NCBI GenBank assembly: GCA_964016885.1
Contig: OZ024743.1
Coordinates: forward strand, 115,382,001 to 115,446,000
DNA: 64,000 nt
Source: Eledone cirrhosa
Taxonomy: Eukaryota
Reading direction: 5' to 3'
The notes below the pieces were generated by a model. That model searched no databases. It was not told the origin of the DNA and saw nothing but the letters and a program-made list of their open reading frames with translations. Positions 1-14,657 of the stretch are shown here, piece by piece. Each line of letters opens with the position of its first letter. Position 1 is the stretch's first letter. The translations under genes and the position numbers were made by a program.

Positions 1-170
1 AGATTGAAACGAAGAGCAACATATTGTCAGATATATTTATATATATATATATATATATATAACGAAGGAAATGTGGTAAGGAACCAGGTGGACTATAACG
101 CACCAAAGTACTCAATACTTAGGGTAGTAGTGGGTAATAGGAAATTATTCCTATATATATATGTATATAG

Positions 171-1000
171 TCTAGCAGATTAGCCTGTCGTTTTCGGGCA
201 ATTTCCACCATAGAATGCCTTTCTTCTAATTTTGTTTTATCTCATGTCTGAGCATGTCTCCACCTACACCTCATCTCCCGTTCCTTATTGGAACGCAGAT
301 TTCACCAAAACCGACTTTATTTCGTTTATCTCATGGCTTGTGTAAGACGTTCATGGTAAAATATAGCTAGTTAAAATATGCAACAACTGTAAAACGGATT
401 TATTAGGAGTGCAGTTATCTAGATTAATTCATGAAATGAATTCTTTTCATTCTTCTATAAAGTGTTCTTCTATGGATATGGCACTTGGCCAGAACAGATT
501 TTTGCATTATTTTCTGCAATATATCAATTCTAACGATGTTTTGTTTATTTTTCCATATGGTGCATAAATGTTAACATTTTTCTTGAATATAGGAACTCAG
601 GGGAACAGCAAGTCCTGCATCGGCCCAATCAGCCAGGACTAACTTCATATCCTGGGTCCCGCCATGTTCTATCCCCTTGTGAAGGATGTCGATGGTGAGG
701 CTGTGGGTAAAGAACATTGAGGATAGATAGGCGGGCAGTGCGAACTAAAGAATGAATCGGAGGTCGGGGCCGGTGGATTTTCCTTTTAGTTTTGCCAGTT
801 GTCAGCTGCCGTTCTTGAAGCAAATATTGCCAGAAATAATTCGTACTCACAAACACAAATACATCGGAGGTGAAAGAGTTAGGAATTTCGATGAGTGTAA
901 AAATGGTGATAAATTGAACATATCAAGCAATAAATCCTACCACTATTCAAAGCTGTTTGTTTTCTTTTGCTAACTAGGAGGGCATTTTAAATAAATATAA

Positions 1001-1003
<3 letters not shown>
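171..1003 (-). mobile_element. Possible non-autonomous Helitron-like element
   Basis: The minus strand starts TCTTATATTTAT and ends with an imperfect GC hairpin followed by CTGCTAG. Termini are the only evidence. Confidence 0.3.
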
Positions 1004-1067
<64 letters not shown>

Positions 1068-1071
<4 letters not shown>

Positions 1072-1473
1072 AAAAAGTATCACCCCGACGGCAGAGCTCA
1101 AGCCGTTTCGACGGCTATTTCTGGACTAAATTAGAATTTTTAGCCTGGTAAATATATAGCCGAACTTCCTTATATGGGAAGATTGTAGTTGTTAAGAGGA
1201 TTGGTCAAAATTTGAGACTTATTTGTGTTTACAACAAATTTTGACCAATCCTCTTGACAACTACAATCTTCCCATATAAGGAAGTACCCCTTGACAAGTT
1301 CGACTATTTATTTACCAGATTAAAAATTCTAATTTAGTCCAGAAATAGCCATCGAAACGGCTTGAGCTCTGCCGTCGGAGCCATACTTTTTCCTATTACC
1401 CACTCTACTACCCTAAGTATTGACTACTCTGGTACGTCATGGTCCATCTGGTTCCTTACCACATTTCCTTCGT

Positions 1474-1474
<1 letters not shown>
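1068..1474 (+). mobile_element. Fold-back pLTR remnant, family A (other pieces at 61-142, 3580-3767, 24218-24287, 24622-24720, 37727-37921)
   Basis: Arms 1068-1213 and 1237-1395 are inverted. Shared tail ...ccttaccacatttccttcgtt(AT)n; flanked by (AT)n. Confidence 0.85.
1286..1381 (+). ncRNA. Hammerhead ribozyme-like motif, U3-A8 variant (family A)
   Basis: CCCC-UUGACAA-stem II (C(G/A)CUAUUU..AAAUAGCC)-GAAA-CGGC UUGAGCUCU GCCG-UC-GG(G/A)G. Sister copies give GGGGU for the 3' strand of stem I. Confidence 0.7.
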
Positions 1475-1507
<33 letters not shown>

Positions 1508-1508
1508 A

Positions 1509-1570
<62 letters not shown>

Positions 1571-1935
1571 TACGGAGGGAGAGAGACACTGACTACAATG
1601 TAAGAGAGAGAAGTGAATAAAGACCATGATGAATAAGATATAATGTAAAGTGAATGAGAAGTGCATCTACAAACACACAGACGAACACACACACACACTC
1701 ATAATATGTATATGTGTCTCTGTGTGTGTTTGTGTGTGTTTGTGTGTGTATGTGTGTGTGTATGTGTGCGTGTGCGTATGTGTGTGTGTATGCGTGTTAT
1801 TATATTGTAAATATAGATCAACATATACATACGAGGTATACTGAATACCTTCAACAACATACTATTAATATATTAAAACTTACCACAAGTTTGAAAAGAA
1901 GAGCAAAATAACGTGAGGCATACTTTTGTAATAAT

Positions 1936-1970
<35 letters not shown>

Positions 1971-2063
1971 ATATCCAAATACAGGGGCGGGGGAATTGAG
2001 GGGCAGAAGGTGGCAAGAACGCCCTCCCTCCCCAGTAATTGAAGGGATCAGAGATAGTGTAGG

Positions 2064-2226
<163 letters not shown>

Positions 2227-2316
2227 ATATACACATATATCATGGTATCGGGAATAACAGGAATAATTAGACAGGAAGTATTGGTCAGAAGGAGAAATGT
2301 ATTGAGAGTTCATTTA

Positions 2317-2351
<35 letters not shown>

Positions 2352-2715
2352 TCACGATAAATTAACGGAGCCATAGACTCTCGTTATTCCCTGTCAATAA
2401 TGTGTTCAAAGGAAAAGGAATTCTGAGTTCTTTAAACAACTTCCTGGCGAAACAGTTCTGTTTGGATGTGTACGCGTGTGTTATATAGTTATAGGGTGCG
2501 TATATATATTTTAATTTATATTTTTAATTATTGTGTGTCTACCATGACTTCCACAGATTATAGACTCCATACACTGGTGGTTTTCCCTATTTTATTAATG
2601 GCACACTATCTCTCTTTAGTGTGTTACCTTTTCAACATATTGTATATATATATATATATTTCATTCATATATATATATATATATATATATAAATTTTTTT
2701 TGTTTTTTTTTCATT

Positions 2716-2758
<43 letters not shown>

Positions 2759-2845
2759 CAAGGGGTGTCAACATGAATCCACCTGTTATTTTTATCTAAA
2801 TAATTTTTTCCAGTTACATAATATCTATCTTATTTCTCATTCTTT

Positions 2846-2880
2846 CCTCTGATGAAGGAGTAGCATCCGAAACCTTAAGA
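2846..2880 (+). ncRNA. Minimal hammerhead-like motif in a PLE 3' remnant (2757-2965)
   Basis: CU-CUGAUGA-A-GGA guagca UCC-GAAA-CCU-UA-AG. Stems I and III are very short. Confidence 0.6.
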
Positions 2881-2968
2881 CCCTCTTCCTACTATACCAA
2901 GCGTTAACCTAATATGTCCCTTCCATATACTGTACCGATTGTGTTTTTATTTCTGTTTACCTTTTATA

Positions 2969-3011
<43 letters not shown>

Positions 3012-3059
3012 TATAGATAGGTAAATATACACGGGTGTGTATGATTGTGTATAGAAGAT

Positions 3060-3483
3060 TATATTAATAAGAGGAATTCCAACTTTGTCTGATTTACTCG
3101 TTTTATTTACAATCCTTTAAAATATATATAATGGTATTATAATGAAATAGTATGATAGAATATTAAATTCTAAGTGTTAATTGAACAAGTACTTTCATGC
3201 TTTCGCAATCTTCAGGTTCATGATATGTGGTGACAGTCGAGTTTGCAATTTTCAACTGTCTATATTTTTTTTTCATTCATATATATTTTCATTTGTCTGA
3301 CCCGAATTTTCTTGGTCGTATTTTTGGCTGTGCGAATGATTGTTTAAGCATCGTCTCAGTGTGTTGGTATTAAACGTTAATTATAGCTCTGGTTTATCCG
3401 AACTATTGAGCACTTTTCCACACATTTCGAAGAATGTGTTTCGTTATTTCGTGGGCCGAAGTTCCGATTCTCGATAACTTATT

Positions 3484-3485
<2 letters not shown>
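3060..3485 (-). mobile_element. Possible highly decayed PLE linker/3' fragment
   Basis: The minus strand reads ..FNTNTLRRCLNN..KYDQENSG, resembling the region just before a PLE GIY-YIG domain. It is bounded by (AT)n. Confidence 0.3.
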
Positions 3486-3550
<65 letters not shown>

Positions 3551-3579
3551 TATGTATTTATATATATATATATATATAT

Positions 3580-3765
3580 AACGAAGGAAATGTGGTAAGG
3601 AACCAGGTGGACAATAACGCACCAAAGTACTCAATACTTGAGGTAGTAGAGTGGGTAATAGGAACCAGTAAGACCCCGACAGCTGAGCTCAAGCCGTTTC
3701 GACGGCTAATTCAGAATTAGCCGTCGAAACGGCTTGAGCTCAGCTGTCGGGGTCTTACTGGTTCC

Positions 3766-3767
<2 letters not shown>
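3580..3767 (-). mobile_element. Family A fold-back remnant with perfect ~52-bp arms
   Basis: 3659-3767 is a perfect palindrome centred near 3713; (AT)n on both sides. Confidence 0.88.
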
Positions 3768-3811
<44 letters not shown>

Positions 3812-3819
<8 letters not shown>

Positions 3820-4510
3820 GAGATCAAAAGATGGTTAAAGTTCCAAGTATTTTATTGTGCACATTTCAAAAACAAATATCATCATGGGATGATACCTGCG
3901 TTCTCATCAGATAAAATTGGGAGACATGATATGAAGCTTAAAAAACACTTGTGAATAGTAACGTTTTAAATCAACATATGAAAAATAAATTATGATTGAT
4001 GTATGAGATTGGGAAAAAGTGAGGGGGGTTATCTTCCAACGGCTTTTTAATTTCTCTCTGTGAGACAATATATATTTTTTTCTCAGTTTTAAAGGCTATC
4101 TCTCTCTTTCTATCACCCATCTCTCCTCCTCTCTCATGCTTCCTTGTTATACTCCTCCCCCACCATCCTTTACTCTCATTTCTTCCTCTTCCCTACCTTT
4201 TCCACCCACCCCTCACTTTTTTCCTAATCTCATACATCAATCTTAATTTATTTTTCATATGTTGATTTAAAACTTCACTATTCATAAGTGTATTTTAAGC
4301 TTCATATCATGTCTCCCTATTTTATCTGATGAGAACGCAGATATCATCCCATGATGATATTTGTTTTTGAAATGCGCATAATAAAATACTTGGAACTCTT
4401 TCAACAATCTTTTGATCTTATATTATTTATACTCCAGTCCTACAAACTGTAGAGTACTACTTATCCGATATTTGCATTGCTTTATTGTGCTACAACAAAA
4501 CTCACCTCCT
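3812..4510 (+). mobile_element. Fold-back pLTR remnant of the 11494-14185 PLE family
   Basis: Arms ~3814-4028 and ~4208-4424 are inverted; homologous to 11494-11823; (AT)n flanks. Confidence 0.85.
4320..4386 (+). ncRNA. Type I hammerhead ribozyme (inverted, more decayed copy at ~3850-3916)
   Basis: UUUAU-CUGAUGA-GAACGCAGAUAUCAUC ccau GAUGAUAUUUGUUUUU-GAAA-UGCGCA-UA-AUAAA: stem I, long stem II and palindromic stem III. Confidence 0.88.
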
Positions 4511-4536
4511 ACATATATATATATATATATATATAT

Positions 4537-5952
4537 ATAAGAGGGTGTTAAAGTTTGCTTGAAGCATTGTGAAATGTGTAAAATACGTAGTTAAGAAAGC
4601 CACAATAATGCAGAGGGAAATCTCGAGGTAGGAAGTGAAAGATAGATAGGAAAAACAGGTGAAAGTGAAAATTGAGAGAGACAAAGATGAAAACAAAACA
4701 AAGGTAGAAGGGTTACCGTAGTGGAGATTTAATCCCAATATTTCGGGCTCACGCCCATCAACGGGGGAAAGTTCCAAAAGGGGGGGGGGAACAGGCCAAG
4801 CGGAGAAAGTTGTGATGTCGTTAAGACAGGAATGCCGTTATGGGGTGAAAATTATTTAAAATTTAAACGAGGGAAAGAATGCGCGTGCGCGTGATAGGCT
4901 GTGGCAAAAGCTACTGACCAAATGGGTTAAATAGAGGGTGCGCTAGCGTGTGAAAGCCGTAAGATATGTGTGTGTAAATATATATGTGTGTGTAACTGTG
5001 TGTGTATAAGTGTAAGTGTGTATATGTGTGAGTGTGTGTGTGAAAGATAGTGGCCTGTAGAAGCTGGAAATCAAAGGGTGTGAAAGGTGGTAGGTTGTAA
5101 AACATGTGTGCGTGTATAAATATAGATGTGTGTGTGTAAGCGTATGGGTATACATGTGTGTGTAACTGTGTGTGTATATGTGTGAGTGCGTTTGTGTGTG
5201 AAAGATAGTGGGCTGTAGAAGCTGGAAATCAAAGGGTGTGAAAGGTGGTAGGTTGTAAAAACATGTGTGCGTGTATAAATTTAGATGTGTGTGTGTATGC
5301 GTATGGGTATGCATATACGTGCGTGTGTGTGAAGATAGCAGGCCGTAGGCTGTGAATGGTCACTATGGTTAAGTTAGCCATGTCAGCTCATTTCTCTCAG
5401 CCCGGTTGTTAAGTGGGGGTCTGAGGTTCTTAATAACAAGTGCTTCCTTTATCCTTTGATTTCCAGCTTCTACAGCCCACTATCTTTCACACACACACAC
5501 ACTCACACATATACACACTTACACTTATACACACACAGTTACACACACATATATATTTACACACACATATCTTACGGCTTTCACACGCTAGCGCACCCTC
5601 TTGATTTAACCCATTTGGTCAGTAGCTTTTGCCACAGCCTATCACGCGCACGCGCATTCTTTCCCTCGTTTAAATTTTAAATAATTTTCTCCCCATAACG
5701 GCATTCCTGTCTTAACGACATCACAACTTTCTCCGCTTGGCCTGTTCCCCCCCTTTTGGAACTTTCCCCCGTTGATGGGCGTGAGCCCGAAATATTGGGA
5801 TTAAATCTCCACTACGGTAATCCTTCTACCTTTGTTTTGTTTTCATCTTTGTCTCTCTCAATTTTCACTTTCACCTGTTTTTCCTATCTATCTTTCACTT
5901 CCTACCTCGAGATTTCCCTCTGCATTGTTGTGGCTTTCTTAACTACGTATTT
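4537..5952 (-). mobile_element. Fold-back pLTR remnant of the 20953-23730 PLE family
   Basis: Arms ~4583-5078 and ~5452-5952 are inverted and nearly identical. Internal ~160-bp GT-rich tandem units at 5035-5330; (AT)n flanks. Confidence 0.88.
5765..5800 (+). ncRNA. Minimal hammerhead-like motif with non-canonical core CCGUUGA (inverted copy 4733-4768)
   Basis: UCCC-CCGUUGA-U-GGGC guga GCCC-GAAA-UA-UU-GGGA. The homolog at 21196-21229(-) has CAGUUGA and a different, still paired stem II. Confidence 0.6.
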
Positions 5953-5967
5953 CATATATATATATAT

Positions 5968-6279
5968 ATAAAATATTAAACAAATAATGAATAAAACAAT
6001 GAAACAGTTCCTTATATTAAACAAAAAAAGTTCATTATTTAACGATCGTTTCTAGGATATATATGTGTTAGAATTAAATAATGAACTTTTTTTGTTTAAT
6101 ATAAGGAACTGTTTCATTGTTTTATTCATTATTTGTTTAATATTTTATCTTGACTCTGTATTCCGTTTATCTTTCACCGAAAGTGATTTTTCATTGCATC
6201 TCTTCTTTCCATGATATCCGGAATACATTGAGTTCTTCATACGGATTGGACACTACCGTAAACTCTTGGTAGATTTATC

Positions 6280-6282
<3 letters not shown>
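5968..6282. repeat. AT-rich fold-back insert between (AT)n tracts
   Basis: 5968-6042 is the reverse complement of 6074-6148. Confidence 0.8.
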
Positions 6283-6334
<52 letters not shown>

Positions 6335-7640
6335 GTGGAAAAGTAAGAAATAGGAGAAGAGACCGTTCATACATGTTTATTTAAAACAGCACCTACGTAC
6401 GTTTCGCCCGGATGGGCTTCTCAAGGGCATAAATAACTAAAAATGTTCCTTACGTGGCCCGGAAAATGTTTTTGGAGGTAAGTTCACGTCAGAATTCATT
6501 CTTCGCAAAAAAAGCGTGTTTTGATTTTGCAGTAGGTCAAGGGAGGTAACTCTGGCCGGTATTAGGGCAATCTTTTCCGGACAAAATTTTTTATCCATTA
6601 CAGGATGTAGTTACAACCTTACCACTATCGATACGCACAGGGTCAGGTAAGCAACGTTTGTTTTGAGACGTTTGTTTTTTCTGAACCTGCCCGTCTGGGT
6701 TATTTGAAGTTGGGTCTGGGAAGCATGGTTAGTTTTCGGATGTTTTTTGCAGTGTCTGCCCGCCGGGGTGTTATAGCTCGTTGCAGGGAGGCCCGGTATA
6801 CGGTTTCACTCCTCATCTTTATCCCATCTGAAGAAGGATATTTTTAAGCGATGTGTACAGCTTATCGTCGTTTCAGTTCTGCTGTGGATGAGATCGTGGG
6901 GTGCCGTTATGATGTGGTAGAGCACCATGAGGAAAAGGTAGCACTTCCTATTGAAGTTGTACGGTGCATCCCTGCCGACAATATCCCACTGCGTGGAGAA
7001 TCTGATGTTTAAGTCTTTTAATGATGTGATGTAGTCTGCGAGCGAATTAGAGTGTCTTAATTTCTTATGTGTGAAAGAGTGGAGATGTGTTCGAAATGTC
7101 ATTTTGAATGGGCCATAGGTAGCCCCTATATAATGTTTAACGCTATATAATATATAATGTTTGACGCTATATAATGTTTAACGCTATTGTGGCTAGTTAC
7201 AGTGCACCTACATATAACCCTATCAATCAAGCAGTATCCCCTAAGGGGGAAGCGTCCCCTGTCGCGGCAGTTGCAATTTCTGTCCCGGTCCCTTCTAATT
7301 CCCACGGTAAGGCTATCATTATTGCTATCTACGTTGTTATCTCCGCTCCCGCACCTGTCGTTAGCACCATTATAACCCACTGTGTGCGTGGTGGTACCAT
7401 TATTATTCCGCACGTCATGTCCTGCATGTTCCCCAGTCATGTCGAGGTTACGCTGGTTGCGTCTGTAGAGGCTGTTGCCAGCACTATTGGATGCTGCTAG
7501 GGAGTCGTTAAGGCCGATATAGTTATTGTCAGGTGTAGGTGCGTCTGTGCTGTGTCTTGGTGATGTTACTGTGATTAGTTGTTCCTATGATGTCTGCTAG
7601 GCTAGGAGTAGTAGAGAAGGATATTTTTATATTGTTCCTA
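6335..7640 (-). mobile_element. 3' fragment of a Penelope-like element (GIY-YIG + pLTR)
   Basis: CNCRDRGRFPLRGYCL..VICRCTV, FKMTFRTHLHSF, SLADYI..LKD, QWDIV, CTHR. Hammerhead at 6389-6428; (AT)n flanks. Confidence 0.88.
6389..6428 (-). ncRNA. Minimal hammerhead, U3-A8 variant
   Basis: GCCC-UUGAGAA-GCCC aucc GGGC-GAAA-CGUACG-UA-GGUGC. Confidence 0.78.
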
Positions 7641-7797
7641 TTAATATATATAATATTTAGATATATAATATATATAATATATAATATATAGATATATAAT
7701 ATATATAATATATAATATATAGATATAAAATATATATAATATATATATATATATAATGAGAGAGAGAATTAGATAGATAGATATATAGATACATATG

Positions 7798-7870
<73 letters not shown>

Positions 7871-7939
7871 CACATCTGTATAAAAGTCGATGACAGTAAA
7901 GCGTGATAATCGTATGTGTTTGTGTTTGTGTGTGTCTGT

Positions 7940-7988
<49 letters not shown>

Positions 7989-8159
7989 TGTGTGTCTGTG
8001 TGTCTGTGTGCATTGTCCTCAACCATAAATTTCCTCCCAAGAGGATTTGTTGCTACTAGAATTGATTGCTTAAATGGTATTAAAAATATAATGAAATTAG
8101 GATAATATAAAACATGAAATTGTGTTACCACGTGATGCCTCATCGACCTATTAACTAGC

Positions 8160-8246
<87 letters not shown>

Positions 8247-8664
8247 AGGAAATGTAATTACTTTCTGATAGAAAAAAACCACCATTCCTATGAATATATA
8301 GTTTATTTAAGCATTTTCTATTGTATTGAGAAAGCACACCAAATTCGGAATTTAAAATGGGTCAGAAATTACGCATGGAACGACAATTATAACCTGACCA
8401 CCATCACTATCCTCATCGCTAAGAACACCCTCAGTTGGAGCTGTTGTGGCGAATGTCAATGAAGAATGGTAGAACTGCAGAGATATATCCTGCGGTATTC
8501 CGTTAATTAAGTATTTCATTGAAATCTAACCTATATTCAATTATATTAGAGAACATTGAAATCTCCAGCAAAATTCACAGAATGCTACTAACTATATATG
8601 TGTATTCTTACAAGAAGAAATTGAAACAGATAATTTTATTTTATAACTAATTTCATGAGCTGGT

Positions 8665-9130
8665 ACATTAATGCGTCTGCTGCAGCATTCAGTAATTAGA
8701 AAGGAGGTAGGTGTAAAAGCCAAACTCGCTATCTTCAATTCGGTTTTCAAGCTAACCCTTACCTATGCTTAAGTATCTTGGGTAATGACCGAAAGAATAC
8801 GAGCACGAATACGATCGGACGACACAGGATTCCTCTGAAGGGTCTTTGGGTAACGTTACTCGATAAAGTACGCAACTCGGAGATCAGAAAGTCACTCCAG
8901 GTAGAACCTCTACTTCTCCGAATGTCTTGGGAAAGAATCACTGGACAGATTTTACCGTGAAAACCAAGAGGCAAGAGACCCAGAGGTAGACCTCGGGGAA
9001 AATGTTTGGATAACATCCCTGAGCTTGGCTCCTCACAGTCGGGGGTGGTTGCTTTGACAGGACCCGCTGGAATGTGTTTTTGAGGACCCTGCCCCCAGGA
9101 CTGTCTCGTGAATGAGTAAGCGAAGAATGA
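8665..9130 (+). mobile_element. RTE-clade LINE 3' remnant
   Basis: VTLLDKVRNSEIRKSLQVEPLLLR...RPRGRPR; homologous to 52500-53090(-). Confidence 0.75.
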
Positions 9131-9869
9131 AAACTAATTTTATAGGAAGGATGAAAAATGATTTAAATAATCAACGTAATAGGAGAGAAAATAGATGCAG
9201 ATTCTATACAGCTGTCTATGTGGTATATCTCATTGCGTCTAGTGGATACGATGAATTCATTGACATGTAGAACAGCTAGCGACAATTGCTACATCAGCCA
9301 CTCTATCTCACGAGAATACTTCTTCGACCGTGTTGACGGCAAGTACCAGTAGGGCTGGGATTAAATTTCTAATCTTCGCCTCCAATGTATCGCTTAGACC
9401 ACAAAAGCAGACACCACGGCGCATAAAGCAGAGGAAAGATATCTAAATACCGAGGTTGATGAAACACTTCCTTTTCCTTCCGGTCGCCATCGAGAACTCC
9501 AGTCTCATCCGTCACCGAACAGCCGTTTTCTAATGGCTTTAATTACTTTAGATCCTATAACTGCAATACCAGTTAAATACCTTTGGAATTATACTATAGA
9601 AGGACGAAAAAAAGACAACAGATAGTACGAAAAATGAAATCACCATAAATGGAATATTTTATTTCATATATATAATAAAACAAATGACTTTCTCTATCTT
9701 TTTATCTACCTCACCCTGCTCTCTTTATTTCTGTCTCTGTCTCTCAGACACATGCGCACACACACGTATGTATATATAGCTATATATTTATATTAATATG
9801 TATTTATATTTATAAATAGCCATATATATATATATATATATATATATAAACATACCCCCCACTTCACAT

Positions 9870-9902
<33 letters not shown>

Positions 9903-10342
9903 CATATGATGGCTGCCCCCTCGTCATGGAGTATAGCCATTGCACGTCATACCATTATTAATAATTATTAATTAAGTCTATCGTGCAATACCTGTGCGTG
10001 AAGATATTTTTTAAAGTGAACAAAGACTGTGCACTGAGCCAATCCCACCATTTGAGCGACAGTAGCTATAACCGGAAAAGGAGAAAAGATCAACATCAAC
10101 GGTAACTACTGAGCCGCAAGTTTATATATATATATACACATGTACATATGTATGTATAGGTATATGCGCGGGGACATAGAAAACCTCGCGCTGGACAGCC
10201 GATCGCGCGGTTAAACTACTGGGAGTGAAGGAGCTCTATCTTTTGTGAAGGCATTCTTCTAGAAGGCAACTCAGGAAACTGGGATAACTCCGATATAAAT
10301 ACATATATATATATATATAAATATATACATACACACACACAG

Positions 10343-10418
<76 letters not shown>

Positions 10419-10642
10419 GATGGCTGCCTCCTCGTTATGGAGTCATACCATTATTAATAATTATTAATTAATTCTATCGTGCAATGCCTGTGTGTGAAGT
10501 TATTTTTTAAAGAGAACAAAGACTGTGCACTGAGCCAATCCCACCCTCTGAGCGACAGTAGCTATAACCCAAAAAGAAGAAAAGATCAACATTATCGGTA
10601 ACTACTGAGCCGCATGTTTATATATATATATTTATATATATA

Positions 10643-11245
<603 letters not shown>

Positions 11246-11411
11246 CATATGCATGTATAGGTATATGCGTGGGGACATAGTAAAAGTCGCGCTGGACCCC
11301 CGATCGCGCGGTTAAACCACTGAGAGTGAAGGGCCCCTAGCTTATGTGAAGGCATTATTCTAGAAGGCAACTCAGGAAACTGGGATAACTCCGATATAAA
11401 TATATATATAA

Positions 11412-11493
<82 letters not shown>

Positions 11494-11494
<1 letters not shown>

Positions 11495-11717
11495 ATATAG
11501 GATCAAAAGATGGTTACTCCATGTATTTAACACTTCACTACACTTGCGTGTAGTGAAGTTTTAAATCTATATATGAAAGATAAAATAAGATGGATATATG
11601 AGATTGGGGGAAAAGAAAGAAGGAAGGGGGAAGGAAAAGGTAAGGAGGAGGAAGAAAGAAAATGAAGGATGACGGGGGAGGAGTATAAGAAGGAAGGATG
11701 AGAGTGGAGGAGAAATG

Positions 11718-11763
<46 letters not shown>

Positions 11764-14183
11764 CTTTTTAAACTGAGAAACACTGTCTCACAGAGAGAAA
11801 TTAAAACAACCGTTGTAAGATAATACATAATTTAAAAAAAAAATTGAAATTAAAAATTAATGAGGTTTATGAATGGTGATGTTTATGATTAAAGAAAAAG
11901 GAATTAAGAATAGTATTTATTTAAGGTTTATATATTGAAGGGTTTAATAATATGTGCGAAAAAGAATTTATTAATATGCATTGTTAAAATAAATATATTA
12001 AGGAGATAAGTTGAATGAAGAAGAGATTAAATGAATTATGAACTTAGAGGAATTAGTTAGGGTCTAAGTTTGTTTCTATTTATTGTAATATGAACAAGTA
12101 AATAATAGGTTTAATACGAGCACGGAAGGAGAGAAAAAAGAAGAAAATTTATGGAAGAAAAAATATATAACGTCAAAAAAAATATATATTTACAAAATTT
12201 ACTAGTGGTAATATTAGTATATATTAAAATATAGTTTGTATGGCCAAGAATATAAGGAAAATGCTATAGTGAGTAATAATTGTTTCTACTTTAGGCACAA
12301 GGCCAGCAATATGAGTTAAGAAGTAATTGAGAAGTAAAAGTTTAGATTAGATTAAAAATTAGAAATTAAAAAAGAAAAAAGGAAAAAGGGATAAAACAGA
12401 AGAAAAAATAGGGGACCGCTAACGACATAGAATGAGTAAATTGTATAATATAATATACTGAAATAAGGTAAAAAGATGGGTATATTTGTAAAATATATCA
12501 AAGAGTTTGAGAGAAAAAGATTTTAAACTAATTAGGTGGTGAGATATTAGCTGTAAACTTTATGGAAAGTTCTATGGGATTTATGCAAGCAGAGCGAAAA
12601 TAAATCCGTACGTCTATTTATTATAGATTTAAAATGAGAGATAATGGTAAATTTCTCGGCTAGGCAGAGGGAAGAATTTCGGTAAGGTGAGGCGTTGTAA
12701 ACCTTCCTCCAAGAAATGTTGTAGTTAATATTTTTGTCTTTTAAGGACTATATGAGTTCTGAGAGTGCCGTGTTAGTTCTTTTAAGTTGGTATTTAAAAG
12801 ACGAATTGTGATTATAAAATCTTGCTTTAAAGGAAGTGGAAGTGGAACCAAAATAGGTAAAAGAATTAGTACCAGTTATAATCTTACATTCATCCACCAA
12901 ATGTTTATCAAGACATTCTTTATTAAGAGGACATTTAGTTCTAACAGGGCAATTACAGTTACGATTAGAGAAATTACCAGAGTTATTAACAAGTGACCTA
13001 GTATTATTTATTGAATGAATTGGATTGGAGAAGTTATTTACGATAGGTGCTAAAGTTTCCTGATTTAGATTCGTGTTATGAACATTCGACAAAGTTACGT
13101 TTGACGTCGTATTTAAATTTACTGAATCTAGCCTAGAGTTAACATTGACGTCGGGTTTACTATTGCTATTATTATGACGCTCAGTCTTGGATGGATATAA
13201 TTTATTATTTAATATTTTATTATATATTTAGAGATAATGTTAGAGATGTTGGAAGTGGTGGAATAAGAAAATTTGATTGTATGTTTGATCTTACTATAGA
13301 TATGCGACGGAGGGAAGCATTTATCTAAGGCCCTAAAAAATAGTTTAGGAATATTACTAGTAATAGATAGAGAAAAAGGAGCTTTGTACCAAATCATATT
13401 TTTGTATCTAGGTCTTTTATTTAGGTTATTAGAATGTTCATAACTAACTATTTTACTATAAGTCCTTCGATGATTGGTTTCTTTACTGTATTTAATTTTG
13501 TCAGGATAACTGGCTTTGGAAAGCACATTATTATAATAATTGGCATTAGCGTCGAAGATAACTTTATTAGAGGATAGATTTGAGATTCTTTTTTCAACAT
13601 TACTGACTATAGCATTTTTAACGTTAATGGGGTGGTTAGATTTAAAATTAACATAATTTAGATTCTCATTGTCTTTATGGTAGGGTAATATATGCCGGTG
13701 TCAAGATTAAGCGATATATCCAGGAAGTTAGCTAGTTTGACGTTGTTTTTAAATTCAATTTTTAGGTTATGGTACTTAAATAGATCAAGTATATTATTTT
13801 TAATAGTATTAAGGTTAACTAAGTTACAGTTTAAGACAGTAAGAACGGCATCGTCACGATAAATTCCACCGCGAAGTTGAGGAATTTTCCGATTTAAAGA
13901 ATTCAAAATAAAGATACCAATCAAGTCCGTTAATTGCGCTGAATCCGACGAACCCATTGTGATATCAAAATTGTTGGAAGTATCAGCTCTAGTCCAACAT
14001 TCGTTGTTGAATTTCAAGATAGTTTTTTCTTGCGGTAAGAATGATGTAAAGTTCATCTGTGGTAACGTCAGAATATTTAGATGCGAAAGATAGAGCGTTG
14101 TTGAGGAGTGAAGGCGAAATAAAAGAATAGTAACTGGCAATGTCAAACTGAATAAATTTTTGTTTGTTTTTATTATTCAGGAC

Positions 14184-14185
<2 letters not shown>
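11494..14185 (-). mobile_element. 5'-truncated, decayed Penelope-like element (Nematis-like) with long 3' region
   Basis: Minus-strand frames give KFIQFDIASYY, FDITMGSSDSAQ, IYRDD, NFLDISL, MIWYKAP, CNCPVRTKCPLNKECL, TYFGSTSTSFKAR. The 3' part (11494-11823) is homologous to 4030-4428. Confidence 0.92.
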
Positions 14186-14237
<52 letters not shown>

Positions 14238-14242
<5 letters not shown>

Positions 14243-14654
14243 AGGATGAATATAAAATGAAAGTGCTTTTGTTAAAAAAGGAATTTATTAGGTATTGACA
14301 TATGTTTCTGTAACAGACCGAATACCTATGTATCGCTGCTTGCGTAATCATATAATGTTAGCAAGTATTCGATAGCAAATGTATAATCAGTTGTCACTTC
14401 TTCAGAGATTTTGGATAAACTGGATAAAATCAGAAAAATTGAAGTATTTATATTAGTAAAAGAGGAAGGAACAGAGGGGATAGAATATGACAGATGGTAA
14501 AATAATTTACTGCTAAACAAGTATATAATGGGTTTTTAATGAGAATACCATGAGTAAATCTAAATAAGAATTTTGGGAGTGCCAATTTTAATCTCTACTT
14601 GACCAACTGGACAGTGGACAGGGCTGGTCATTTGGTGCAGTAGTATTAATTATA
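14238..14654 (-). repeat. Inverted partial pLTR at the 5' end of the young PLE
   Basis: Reverse complement of 14900-15316. The same 64-aa spurious ORF appears at 14326(-), 15034(+) and 18158(+). Confidence 0.93.
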
Positions 14655-14657
14655 TAA

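Noticed and set aside
752-830. PVDFPFSFASCQLPF resembling a Helitron helicase motif
   Set aside because: The match is too short and lies on the opposite strand to the putative Helitron termini.
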